A stretch of DNA of 32,000 nt from Candidatus Saccharimonadota bacterium (GCA_963698035.1 OY969114.1:180001-212000); one strand, 5' to 3'. Numbered from the stretch's first letter, positions 7,378-15,616 are shown. A program made the numbers and translations. Notes: generated from the sequence alone by a model not told the origin.

Positions 7378-8343
7378 TTGGAATTTGAATATTCGAGCGG
7401 GATTATTGTCTACTCTTACATAAAAGGAAGGAGGGCATTCCTGTTCCTCAAAAGAAGGGAGGGCTGGCTGGACATTCCCAAGGGGCATATAGAGAGGGGC
7501 GAGCGCGCTCGGGATGCTGCGATAAGGGAGACATTCGAGGAGGCAGGGCTTCGTGTTGAGCCAGATAGGTTCTTCAAGCGCAAGTCGACCTACTGGTTTA
7601 GGAGGGAGGGCAAGACCATAAAGAAGACATTGACGGTCTTACTCGCGAGGGCGGGTAGTGGGGCGAGGGTTCGGATATCTAGCGAGCATGTCGGGTATGT
7701 CTGGCTCGAGCTCGGGGAGGCGATGAGGAGGATTTCCTTTGAAGATTCGAAAGAAGCGGTAAGGGCAGCCAACGAATACATAGACAGGATGGAAAGGATG
7801 GATAGGCTGAACGCTGCATACAGGAAGCTGCCCTCCATGATAAAGGGATGGGCGCTGAGCAGGGGGCTCGTGCCGGGCGAGGGCCCGCTTGACGCTAAGG
7901 TCATGCTGGTAGGGCAGGCGCCGGGCAGACACGAGGACATGCAGGGAAGGCCTTTTGTCGGGTTAAGCGGAAGGCTCCTCGACAGGCTGATAAAGAGTGC
8001 GGGGCTGAAACGCGACAGGATATATATAACCAGTGTGGTGCAGTTCTTCCCCCCAAAGAACAGGGCGCCATCTTGGCAGGAGGTGGAAGCATGCAGGAAG
8101 TTCCTGAAAAGGCAGATCGAGATAATAGACCCGAAGATTGTAGTTCTTGCCGGCGCTGTTGCCGCAGGCGAACTCCTGGAGGATAAGAGAGTGATGAAAT
8201 CGCATGGCAACCTGGTCGATAAGGAGAGATATTATTTTACCACCATACATCCTGCAGCCGCAGTAAGGCTGAAGAAGAACCTTCCTTTGATAGAATCTGA
8301 CTTCGCGCGTCTTCGCGTGGAGCTCAAGAAGCTCGGCATCTGA
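7378..8343 (+). CDS. Fusion protein: N-terminal Nudix hydrolase plus C-terminal uracil-DNA-glycosylase-superfamily domain
   Basis: The Nudix box is perfect: GHIERGERARDAAIRETFEEAGL (G-x5-E-x7-REUxEExGU). The C-terminal half has UDG family-4-like motifs: VMLVGQAPGRHEDMQGRPFVGLSGRLL, ..YITSVVQFFPPKNRAPSWQEVEACRKFL.., IVVLAGAVA, and TIHPAAAVR. The start is TTG at 7378, 4 nt after the preceding stop. Confidence 0.75.
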   Translation: MEFEYSSGIIVYSYIKGRRAFLFLKRREGWLDIPKGHIERGERARDAAIRETFEEAGLRVEPDRFFKRKSTYWFRREGKTIKKTLTVLLARAGSGARVRISSEHVGYVWLELGEAMRRISFEDSKEAVRAANEYIDRMERMDRLNAAYRKLPSMIKGWALSRGLVPGEGPLDAKVMLVGQAPGRHEDMQGRPFVGLSGRLLDRLIKSAGLKRDRIYITSVVQFFPPKNRAPSWQEVEACRKFLKRQIEIIDPKIVVLAGAVAAGELLEDKRVMKSHGNLVDKERYYFTTIHPAAAVRLKKNLPLIESDFARLRVELKKLGI

Positions 8344-8377
8344 GCCGCGCTGCAGCTATGGAGCCAAAATAGGGTAG

Positions 8378-8401
8378 GGAGTCCGCGTCGCTGCGGACTC
8401 C
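8378..8401. terminator. Hairpin (9-bp stem, 6-nt loop) between convergent genes
   Basis: GGAGTCCGC-gtcgct-GCGGACTCC is a perfect inverted repeat. It lies in the 60-nt gap between the stop of 7378..8343 and the stop of 8404..8937. Its function as a terminator is unproven, since archaeal termination usually relies on T-tracts. Confidence 0.3.
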
Positions 8402-8403
8402 GC

Positions 8404-8937
8404 TTACTGTGGGGGTGAAACAATTAGTGTTTCGGTCGCCTTGCCAGCATCATATTTGTAATAGACCTTCCTGCCAAGCTGATGCCTGTCCAGAAGACCC
8501 ATCTTGTAGAGCTTGTTGAGGTGCATAGAGGCTGCATTCCGGCCCTTATAGTTCATGGCTTTCTTTACGTCGTCGGCGCATGCTAGGTCGAGCACCTGCA
8601 CAGTCTTGATTATCTGTGCGTCCAGGCTCGATATGGGTATCTCTCTTGCGCCCCTGGCCACTCCCTCATCCGTTACTGCAGCCTCCTCCTCGTAGTAGGT
8701 GTCGTGAAGGCCGTTCTCCAGCCTTGCCATACTTTCTGAAATGCCTTTCAGAAGCATTGTGGTTCTCTTGTTCTCATCTATCATATACTTTATGAGCGCA
8801 AAAAGGTTCGAGCTAGTCTCCTCGACCTTCTCATTCTTCACAAGGAGCTCCTTCTCCCCTGTGTTGCTCTGGTTGATGGTCTGCAGTTTCTTCTGTATCT
8901 CAACTAGGGCGGTTTCTATCTCCTTTTTTGATCGCAT
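8404..8937 (-). CDS. Coiled-coil protein with a C-terminal winged-helix DNA-binding domain (putative transcription regulator)
   Basis: The C-terminus ACADDVKKAMNYKGRNAASMHLNKLYKMGLLDRHQLGRKVYYKY has an HTH plus beta-wing pattern. The N-terminal half is a charged helical region. Confidence 0.55.
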   Translation of the reverse strand: MRSKKEIETALVEIQKKLQTINQSNTGEKELLVKNEKVEETSSNLFALIKYMIDENKRTTMLLKGISESMARLENGLHDTYYEEEAAVTDEGVARGAREIPISSLDAQIIKTVQVLDLACADDVKKAMNYKGRNAASMHLNKLYKMGLLDRHQLGRKVYYKYDAGKATETLIVSPPQ

Positions 8938-8980
8938 GATAAACCCATCCCAACTCTTTCATGACTTGGTGCTTGACCAA

Positions 8981-8997
8981 TCATGACTAAGTCACGA
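8981..8997. promoter_or_regulatory. Near-palindromic 17-mer TCATGACTAAGTCACGA, a candidate operator in the promoter region of 8404..8937
   Basis: 14 of 17 positions are self-complementary. The half-site TCATGACT also occurs at 8959-8966, 22 nt away. A TTGGT-n5-ACCAA palindrome lies at 8966-8980. The element sits just downstream of a TATA-like AATAAAAT (minus strand, 8997-9004). Confidence 0.3.
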
Positions 8998-9160
8998 TTT
9001 TATTGTGAATGATTAAGTATTTAAATCTTTCCAGAGCTCCGAATAGGGGAACTTTTAACATTTTTGTTTGTTCCGCTATTATTTTGGGGTGTTTTGCTTC
9101 AATTTTGCCGTCATAATTTAAATACTATAATATGCAAGTTATCTATAAAGCAATGGTGAC

Positions 9161-9685
9161 ATGGAACAAATATATATACCAACAGAGCGGCTCGAACTGC
9201 TAAAGGAAGATAGGAAGATGCGCGCCCTTCTTGAGAAGATCTGCGACTGCAGCGTATCGGTGGGCAGCGATGAGTTCGTAGAGATACGCGGCACCCCCTA
9301 CGCGGAGTTCGTCGCGAAAAACATCATTTTCGCATTCGGGCGCGGCTTCAACGTAGAGGTGGCGCGGCTCCTCCTCAATGAGGAGTACTACTTCTCGTCT
9401 ATAGACCTCAAGGAGGTGCTTGGAGGGGAGAAGAAGGTGTCCCGCATAAAGGCCAGGATAATAGGGGAGGACGGCCGCGCAAAACGCTACATAGAGGGCG
9501 TCAGCGCAGTGAAGATGAGCGTATATGGGTATACTGTAAGCTTTATAGGCAATACCAATGAAATAAATGAGGCGGAGACCGCGGTAAACACGCTGATAGA
9601 AGGCGGAACCCATAAGCTCGCCTATCTCAGGATGGAGGCGGCGCACAGGAAGAACAAGAGCAATGCATCTAATCCCAAGTTTTGA
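9161..9685 (+). CDS. KH-domain RNA-binding protein (Pno1/Dim2-like, small-subunit rRNA maturation)
   Basis: It has a two-KH architecture. The canonical second KH core is RIKARIIGEDGRAKRYIEGVSAVKMSVYGYTVSFIG. The size of ~174 aa is typical of archaeal Dim2-like proteins. Confidence 0.7.
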   Translation: MEQIYIPTERLELLKEDRKMRALLEKICDCSVSVGSDEFVEIRGTPYAEFVAKNIIFAFGRGFNVEVARLLLNEEYYFSSIDLKEVLGGEKKVSRIKARIIGEDGRAKRYIEGVSAVKMSVYGYTVSFIGNTNEINEAETAVNTLIEGGTHKLAYLRMEAAHRKNKSNASNPKF

Positions 9686-9703
9686 ATGATAAAAAAGTGA
9701 CAT

Positions 9704-11320
9704 ATGGTGACGACCAGCGCGGAGCAGATATTCAAGGAGTTCCGGGAGCATTCGGCGGCCGAGTTCTTCAAGAAGAACAGGCAGATGCTCGGATACTCGG
9801 GAGCAGGTCGATCGCTCGTCACGATAGTGCATGAATATTGCACAAATTCTCTCGACGCCTCAGAAGAGGGAGGGATACTCCCTAACATAGAAGTCTCGAT
9901 AAGCAAGGTGGATAATAATAGGTATACTATAAAGGTATCAGACAACGGACCGGGGATACCGAAGAACTTCGTCGGCAAGGCTCTCGCAACGATCTTCGCG
10001 GGCACTAAGTTTCACAGATACATGCAGCAGCGCGGACAGCAGGGCATCGGAGCGGCGGGCTGCCTCCTCTTCTCGCAGATAACAACAGGAAGGCCGATTT
10101 TTGTCAAGTCCTCGACCGGACAGGGCAAGGCGTACTCATGCCACATAGCGCTCAGCACGGCGAACAACAAGCCGATCATAACCGATATGGTAGATATAGA
10201 CGACAAGTTCTCAGGCCTGTCGGTGGAGGGGGAGTTCGCTGACATACGGTACGAGGCTGGGGAGCACAGCGCCTATGAGTATATAAGGAGGACCGCGCTC
10301 TCCAACCCGCACGCGCAGATAAAGCTCTCAGATCCGAATGGGCAGGAGTTTCTTTTCGTGAGGTCGGTCAATGAGCTGCCGGCTCGGCCACCCCCAGCTA
10401 AGCCGCACCCCGCAGGGTTGAGCACGGGCGACCTCCTTGACTTCGCGCATGTCAGCCAGAGCAGGAAGATATCATCTTTCCTAGTCGACACATTTGCAAG
10501 GACGACATCGAATAAGATATCCGAGATAAAGGAGGTAGATCCATCTATCAACATGGACGAGGACCCGAAGCAGCTCACCTGGAATCAGGCTGAGAAGCTC
10601 GTCAACGCGTTCAAGAAGGTCAGGTGGGTAGCCCCCGACGCAAGTTATGTTGTGCCAATCGGAGAGGCGCAGATAAGGATCGCGGTGAAGAACATACTGA
10701 ATCCAGAGCACATGTCCGTGATTGAGCGGAAGCCCCGCATCTTTAGGGGCGGAGTTCCCTTTGTGGTGGAGGCCGCTGTAGCATACGGAGGCGGCTCGGG
10801 CAAGAAGGAAGAGGAAGGCTACTCAGGCAACATACTCAGGTTTGCAAACAGGGTGCCGCTGCTCTTCGACAGTGGAAGCTGCGCGATAACAAAGGCTGCC
10901 AACGACGTAGAGTGGAAGAGATATGGAATAGATATGGAGATCCAGCCCATCAGCGTCTTTGTCAACGTCTCCTCTGTCTACCTGCCCTATTCGGGGGTTG
11001 GGAAGGAGGCGATCGCACAGGAAGACGAGATAATAGAGGAGATAAAGCTTGCAATCATGGAGGCTGCAAGGGGCGTGCAGCGCTATATGCGCGGCAAGCA
11101 GGTGGCTAGCTTCGATGCCGGAAGATACAAGACGATAGCAAGGTACGTGAAGCAGCTCTCAAAAGACATAGGCGACCTTACTGGCGCAGACAGCGGGAAG
11201 GTTGAGAAAAAACTCAATGATATCGTGAAGAGGCACTTTCCGAAGACGGAGCATGGAGAGGAGGGGGTGGAGGAGCCTGTGGGCGAGGGCGCGCCCAAAG
11301 CAGATGAGGAGGCTAGGTGA
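9704..11320 (+). CDS. top6B: DNA topoisomerase VI subunit B
   Basis: The N-terminal Bergerat/GHKL ATPase motifs are EFREHSAAEFFKKNRQMLGYSG..RSLVTIVHEYCTNSLDA, SDNGPGIP, FHRYMQQRGQQGIGAAG. The transducer region follows. The length of 538 aa fits. Confidence 0.92.
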   Translation: MVTTSAEQIFKEFREHSAAEFFKKNRQMLGYSGAGRSLVTIVHEYCTNSLDASEEGGILPNIEVSISKVDNNRYTIKVSDNGPGIPKNFVGKALATIFAGTKFHRYMQQRGQQGIGAAGCLLFSQITTGRPIFVKSSTGQGKAYSCHIALSTANNKPIITDMVDIDDKFSGLSVEGEFADIRYEAGEHSAYEYIRRTALSNPHAQIKLSDPNGQEFLFVRSVNELPARPPPAKPHPAGLSTGDLLDFAHVSQSRKISSFLVDTFARTTSNKISEIKEVDPSINMDEDPKQLTWNQAEKLVNAFKKVRWVAPDASYVVPIGEAQIRIAVKNILNPEHMSVIERKPRIFRGGVPFVVEAAVAYGGGSGKKEEEGYSGNILRFANRVPLLFDSGSCAITKAANDVEWKRYGIDMEIQPISVFVNVSSVYLPYSGVGKEAIAQEDEIIEEIKLAIMEAARGVQRYMRGKQVASFDAGRYKTIARYVKQLSKDIGDLTGADSGKVEKKLNDIVKRHFPKTEHGEEGVEEPVGEGAPKADEEAR

Positions 11321-13673
11321 GCACCCCTTCCGGATTGTCTGAATCCATCAGACCTATGCTTCCAGAAGATATGTACATGCGCATCTCTTCTGCCTCTGTG
11401 CTGGTTGAGCTGTAGAGATATCTGTTGAACTCGTCCAGCGCGCCCGCGTTCAGGAATGCTATATAGGTCTTGGCGTTCCCGAATATCTGAACCTTCTGGA
11501 ACTTGCTTGTCTTCGAGTAGATCACGATATAGACACGCTCGTTGTGCATCGAGGCGACCATGTCGGCTTTATCGCTCGAGTCTATGTCACCCGATTGGTA
11601 TGCATGCGATACCATGTAGACCCTCAGCTTCTTGAACGTGGCGAGATACTCTATGTCATGCCCACTCTGAGCCACCCATGCCTTCGGCGCGTATAGGCCG
11701 TCTGCGCTGACAAGATAGCCTGGCGAGACCATCTGGTCCAGCATCATCTCCACGTTGCTGTGGGTAAGGCTCACCTGTATGTTGTTGTACCTGATGTTGC
11801 TGGCGACCGCGTGCCTGACCTCGTCGACCGATAGGGGCATGAACCTCCAGTGGTTGTAGATGTTGAGCTTGTCGAAGACGGAGACCAGCTCGGCCGCCTT
11901 TATCTTTATCGGGATCTTCTGCTGCTCGCGCATGGTTGGCACGTCGATGTAGAATTCGTCCCTGCTCGGCGCCCTGATAATGGTTATCAGCACCAGGGCG
12001 ACCACTATGACTACGGCAAGCTCTATGTACTGGCTGTTTATCGCTATCGGGGGGGCCAGGGTGCTTGTGATGTAGGTGAAGTTGCCCGACAGCATGTTGA
12101 TATTGAAACTTGTGCTGCTGCTTCTGGGTGCGGTGGCGCCTGACGGCAGTGAATATGTGAGAACTCCGTCATTTATTGTTCCCGCGGCAGGATACAGCCC
12201 GTTCACGTTTATCTGGTAGTCGATCCCGGAGAGCGGCGTGCCGCCTGACGCTACAGAGAAAACAAAGGTGCCGCTTGTGTAATTGGCGGTCTCCAACTTT
12301 ATTATCACCGGAGTAATGTTGAAGAGGGCGGCGCCGTACACATTGTTGTAGAAGCCCTGCACTTGGGCTATGTACCGGCCTGGCGAAAGGTATAGGGTAA
12401 GCGGCTTTAGGAAGGTGAAGTTGCCGCTTGCATTGAAAGATCCGAGGGGTATGCTCATAACCTCCGTCAGGTTTGCGTTGTATACGTTTATGTGGGGCGT
12501 AACGCTTACCGGCACGCTGGAATGCGTGAATATGCTTATGGCTACAGGTACCTGCACCGACGGGACTATGCTCTCTGGCATGGAGACCGTGCCATTGACG
12601 CTGAAATTAAGCTTGTAGGAGAGGTAAGTGTAGGTGCTGCCCTGCAAAAGCGAGTAGTTTTGATTATTGTAGACGACAACCCGGCTGTATCCGTATGGTA
12701 TGCTTCTCGAGGATTGGTAGCTGTATCCGGTCGTTAGGTGAGTAAGCGGGAAGCCCACTATGCCCGTCGCGTTGGTGAGGTTCTGGGGGGAGAGCGACAT
12801 GCTGCCATAGGCGTACTTCTGCACCCAGAAGAGCTGCGAGAGCACCTTGGAGATGTCCTGCGCAGCCTCCGCGGAGCTGTTCCATGAGGTAAGGTAGTCG
12901 GGAAAGACGAGGATCGAGCCGTTGGAGTGGTAGATGTAGCTCAGGGGGCCATATCTTGTGCCGTTGAGCAGGTAGAAGGTGGGATTGTCGAAATAGAAGC
13001 CGCTTTGGGTGCTCACAGTGTGATTTTTCTCTACGGCCCAGGCAAGGAACCAGGGTATGCTGCGCGGAGGCACAGGCACAAGCAGCGGCCCGCTGGTCGC
13101 GTTGGAGAAGTTCCTTCCTACGTATATTATGTCTGTGCCCTTGTCGAGGAGCCTCTCTATCAGCAGCTCACTCGAGTTCTGCACGGGAACGAACATCTCT
13201 AGCGGCATCGCGCCGCTCAATATCACAAGCGCGGAGTCATTGGGAATGCTGGAGACGCTCTGCTCGCTTATTATGGATACATTGAGCGGGTTCGCAACCA
13301 CACCATACCGCTGCAGGTCCTGCGCTATCATCGACATGGTCTGCGGCAGCTGGCCGCAGTTGTAGCAGCTGCTTGTCACGTTAAGTATGTATATCTTCTG
13401 CGGCGGGGGTACCACAAAGAGGGTGGAGTTTTCGTAGAGGCTTGTCACATTTGAGGTCACATAGCGCAGCTGCACGTACGGCACGAGGTAGTTGTTCGAA
13501 TCGTAGGAGAACGCGCCCTTCGAGAGCAGGAATGCGGCTATCTGCGTGTTTGGCAGCACCGCGGGAGGCGCCACGGAAGGGGGCGCCCGGAGGCTGAGTC
13601 CTATATAGGCTAGCAGGCCTATTAGAAGGAGGGCGATTATCCCTATGACAGTGAAGAGTCGCTTTAGGCGCAT
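11313..13673 (-). CDS. 786-aa bitopic membrane protein: N-terminal anchor, ~540-aa sequon-rich extracellular region, second TM, 217-aa cytoplasmic domain. Last gene of the cluster
   Basis: The N-terminal TM is MRLKRLFTVIGIIALLLIGLLAYIGLSL. I count 23 N-x-S/T sequons in the middle region. The second TM is YIELAVVIVVALVLITIIRAP, and a soluble C-terminal domain (SRDEFYIDVP...NPEGVLT) follows. The 3' end overlaps the top6B stop by 8 nt (convergent genes). Confidence 0.75.
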   Translation of the reverse strand: MRLKRLFTVIGIIALLLIGLLAYIGLSLRAPPSVAPPAVLPNTQIAAFLLSKGAFSYDSNNYLVPYVQLRYVTSNVTSLYENSTLFVVPPPQKIYILNVTSSCYNCGQLPQTMSMIAQDLQRYGVVANPLNVSIISEQSVSSIPNDSALVILSGAMPLEMFVPVQNSSELLIERLLDKGTDIIYVGRNFSNATSGPLLVPVPPRSIPWFLAWAVEKNHTVSTQSGFYFDNPTFYLLNGTRYGPLSYIYHSNGSILVFPDYLTSWNSSAEAAQDISKVLSQLFWVQKYAYGSMSLSPQNLTNATGIVGFPLTHLTTGYSYQSSRSIPYGYSRVVVYNNQNYSLLQGSTYTYLSYKLNFSVNGTVSMPESIVPSVQVPVAISIFTHSSVPVSVTPHINVYNANLTEVMSIPLGSFNASGNFTFLKPLTLYLSPGRYIAQVQGFYNNVYGAALFNITPVIIKLETANYTSGTFVFSVASGGTPLSGIDYQINVNGLYPAAGTINDGVLTYSLPSGATAPRSSSTSFNINMLSGNFTYITSTLAPPIAINSQYIELAVVIVVALVLITIIRAPSRDEFYIDVPTMREQQKIPIKIKAAELVSVFDKLNIYNHWRFMPLSVDEVRHAVASNIRYNNIQVSLTHSNVEMMLDQMVSPGYLVSADGLYAPKAWVAQSGHDIEYLATFKKLRVYMVSHAYQSGDIDSSDKADMVASMHNERVYIVIYSKTSKFQKVQIFGNAKTYIAFLNAGALDEFNRYLYSSTSTEAEEMRMYISSGSIGLMDSDNPEGVLT

Positions 13674-13683
13674 ACTGACACCA

Positions 13684-13833
13684 CTAGGCGGGAAGCCCCC
13701 CTTCCTTCGGCTTCCTGTTTAACAGCCTTACGAATATCTTGGTTAGGAAATTCTGGTGCTCGCCGACCTTCTCTTTTATATTGTAGGCTCGCAGGTATCT
13801 GACCTTCTTGTTTATCCTGACCAAGTATTTCAT
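13684..13833 (-). CDS. Small basic protein (49 aa), below the ORF-track size cutoff
   Basis: The sequence is MKYLVRINKKVRYLRAYNIKEKVGEHQNFLTKIFVRLLNRKPKEGGLPA. Its ATG lies 1 nt after the TAG of 13835..14581. Its stop lies 10 nt before the ATG of 11313..13673, and a GGTG sits in that spacer. It fills the only apparent gap in the operon exactly. Confidence 0.4.
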   Translation of the reverse strand: MKYLVRINKKVRYLRAYNIKEKVGEHQNFLTKIFVRLLNRKPKEGGLPA

Positions 13834-13834
13834 G

Positions 13835-14581
13835 CTAACCCTTCAGCTCTATATAGCCCATCGAGACCATCTTGTTCAGTATCTGCTCGACCCTTGGCGG
13901 CACCACCCTCGTCGCCTTTGAAAACTCGTTAATGTCTATGGTGCTGTCATGCGATTCTATCCAGTCCTGCACCCGCACCATGAGCGCCTCGTCGGAATAT
14001 GTCTCAAGCTCGCTCGTCCTCTGCTTTAGCTCGCGGTTCTCCGCACTCAGCTGCATGCCCTGAACGGTAAGGTTCTTGTTCGACGCTGCAAGCTCTATGT
14101 TGAGCCTTCGTACCTCCTTGTACTCGTTGTAGAGAGAATCGTAGGTGTTGTAGAGAGCGCTGTAGCTCGGCGGGATCGAGCTGATTAGGTCGTCGATCGC
14201 GGAGTCGGCATGCTGGAAGAGCTCTGCGGTGTCCGGTTGGTATATATCGGCGACGAGCGAGAGGACACCCATCAGGTTCTTGATCACATAGAGCCTCCTC
14301 ATCCTCACGCTTGAGTCGTGCGCGATGGAATACTGGACGCTCAGGCCGTCCGAATTGAATGTTATTATGAAGAAAAGGAAGGGCCTCTTCTGTATGTCAC
14401 GGCTCTCGACCCTGAGCAGCACGAGATTGCCTGGATTCCTCTTTGCGTAGAAGAGTTCAAGAGTAGAGAGGCGCTTCTGCAGGTCGTCGAAGTTGCCGTT
14501 CAGCTTTCCGCCAATCTTTATCTCCTCTACGTCAGGCTCTATGAAGCCTACCCGCTCCTCCTGCTGCTCCAATTCTACCAC
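13835..14581 (-). CDS. Hypothetical protein: N-terminal domain, central coiled coil, C-terminal winged-helix-like domain
   Basis: The coiled-coil segment is YNEYKEVRRLNIELAASNKNLTVQGMQLSAENRELKQRTSELE. The C-terminal segment IDINEFSKATRVVPPRVEQILNKMVSMGYIELKG is HTH-like. The GTG start at 14581 lies 25 nt from the centre of a TATA box. Confidence 0.65.
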   Translation of the reverse strand: MVELEQQEERVGFIEPDVEEIKIGGKLNGNFDDLQKRLSTLELFYAKRNPGNLVLLRVESRDIQKRPFLFFIITFNSDGLSVQYSIAHDSSVRMRRLYVIKNLMGVLSLVADIYQPDTAELFQHADSAIDDLISSIPPSYSALYNTYDSLYNEYKEVRRLNIELAASNKNLTVQGMQLSAENRELKQRTSELETYSDEALMVRVQDWIESHDSTIDINEFSKATRVVPPRVEQILNKMVSMGYIELKG

Positions 14582-14601
14582 AATATCCTATTACAGAGAG
14601 G

Positions 14602-14610
14602 TATTTTATA
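14602..14610 (-). promoter_or_regulatory. TATA box (TATAAAATA on the minus strand) preceding 13835..14581
   Basis: It lies immediately after the stop (14613-14615) of the upstream gene. It is centred 25 nt upstream of GTG 14581, which implies a leaderless or near-leaderless mRNA. Confidence 0.4.
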
Positions 14611-14612
14611 CC

Positions 14613-15056
14613 TTATCTGCCGCGCTGCTCATCGGAGGGCTTCTTCCCCTGCCTGACCGATTCCGAGAGCACCTGCTTCGGGACATCGAGCGGCGGCATG
14701 TAGCTTATGAGCGATAGCAGGTACATCACGACTATCACCCCGAAGCCGAAAAGAAACGAGACCGGGTTCGCTCGCGAGGCAATCACTATGAAGGCTGCGA
14801 AGAGGAATCCTATTACCAGATAGGCGACGAGTTTCGTCTCGTAGCTCCTCCGCCTTTTCATATACTTGGGGAAGCACTCCCTGCACACAACGGAGCGCGT
14901 CGGGTTCTCGTACTTGACGGTATGGCTGTTCAGCCACCTCAGCGCGTTCACCACGCTGTCCGCCTTTATCGTTATGCCTTCCTTCTGCCCGTTACACATT
15001 ATGCACTTCGGTTGCTTTGCCTTCTGATTCTGCTTCTGCTTTGTCTTCATCTTCAT
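14613..15056 (-). CDS. Membrane-anchored zinc-ribbon protein
   Basis: The N-terminus is Lys-rich (MKMKTKQKQNQKAKQPK). A CxxC...CxxC pair follows (CIMCNG ... CRECFPKY). Then come two TM helices (LVAYLVIGFLFAAFIVIA; VSFLFGFGVIVVMYLLSLISY) and a basic tail. Confidence 0.65.
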   Translation of the reverse strand: MKMKTKQKQNQKAKQPKCIMCNGQKEGITIKADSVVNALRWLNSHTVKYENPTRSVVCRECFPKYMKRRRSYETKLVAYLVIGFLFAAFIVIASRANPVSFLFGFGVIVVMYLLSLISYMPPLDVPKQVLSESVRQGKKPSDEQRGR

Positions 15057-15060
15057 CTAA

Positions 15061-15375
15061 TCATCCGAATTCTATAGTTGCGCTGTAGAGTCTGCCTATC
15101 TCAGCGCTTATCTTGCTCTCGTCGGCCATGTTCAGCACCTCGCTTATCAGTATGTCGTTCATGTTCAGCCTCCTGAATATGTTGGTTATCCTATCACGCG
15201 ACATTCCCTCCTTCTCGAGCAGGTTGACAAGCTGCACTATGTTTATGTGCCTGTGCTCCTTCTCCAGGTTGCCGAAGACCTCATTTATGCGGTTCTCGCT
15301 CAGGCCGTAGGCTGCAAGAATCCTCCTGAGCTCGAGCCTGCTAACGGTAAATGTACTAGGATTGGCCATCTCCAC
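15061..15375 (-). CDS. Small helical protein, paralog A of a pair
   Basis: LRRILAAYGLSENRINEVFGNLEKEHRHINIVQLVNLLEKEGMSRDRITNIFRRLNMNDILISEVLNMA aligns position by position with the product of 15356..15616. It contains an internal helix-G-helix duplication (GLSENRINEVFGNL / GMSRDRITNIFRRL). Confidence 0.6.
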   Translation of the reverse strand: MEMANPSTFTVSRLELRRILAAYGLSENRINEVFGNLEKEHRHINIVQLVNLLEKEGMSRDRITNIFRRLNMNDILISEVLNMADESKISAEIGRLYSATIEFG

Positions 15376-15616
15376 CAGCGTATGATATTATCCTTGTAAT
15401 TATCATGTCATCTATGCTCAGGCTCTTCAGGAGGTTTACTATGTTCGTGTTCGGTGCGCCGTTCGACTTCAACTGCCTCACGAAGTCGAGCATTTTCATC
15501 CTCCTGCTGTTCGCGTCGAAGGCGGAGAAGACCGCGCTGGTAGTTCCGCCGAGCATGCCGTACTCTATGAACTTGTTCCTCAGTTCGTCCTTCTCCATCT
15601 GTAGCTCGCTATCCAT
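15356..15616 (-). CDS. Small helical protein, paralog B of a pair
   Basis: LRNKFIEYGMLGGTTSAVFSAFDANSRRMKMLDFVRQLKSNGAPNTNIVNLLKSLSIDDMIITRIISYA aligns with paralog A. It overlaps the ATPase stop by 8 nt and paralog A by 20 nt. Confidence 0.55.
   Translation of the reverse strand: MDSELQMEKDELRNKFIEYGMLGGTTSAVFSAFDANSRRMKMLDFVRQLKSNGAPNTNIVNLLKSLSIDDMIITRIISYAGGDGQS

Noticed and set aside
8938-9160. The 220-bp AT-rich intergenic region as a replication origin or ncRNA gene.
   Set aside because: There are no ORB-like long repeats, no adjacent cdc6/orc1, and only weak 5-bp stems. It is adequately explained as two divergent promoters with several TATA-like elements (e.g. TTTAAATA at ~9117-9124, TATAAA at 9144-9149).
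9704-11320. top6B is not followed by top6A, suggesting that the cluster was inserted into a top6BA operon.
   Set aside because: top6A and top6B are often but not always adjacent in archaea. Without the rest of the genome, the absence of top6A from this window is uninformative.
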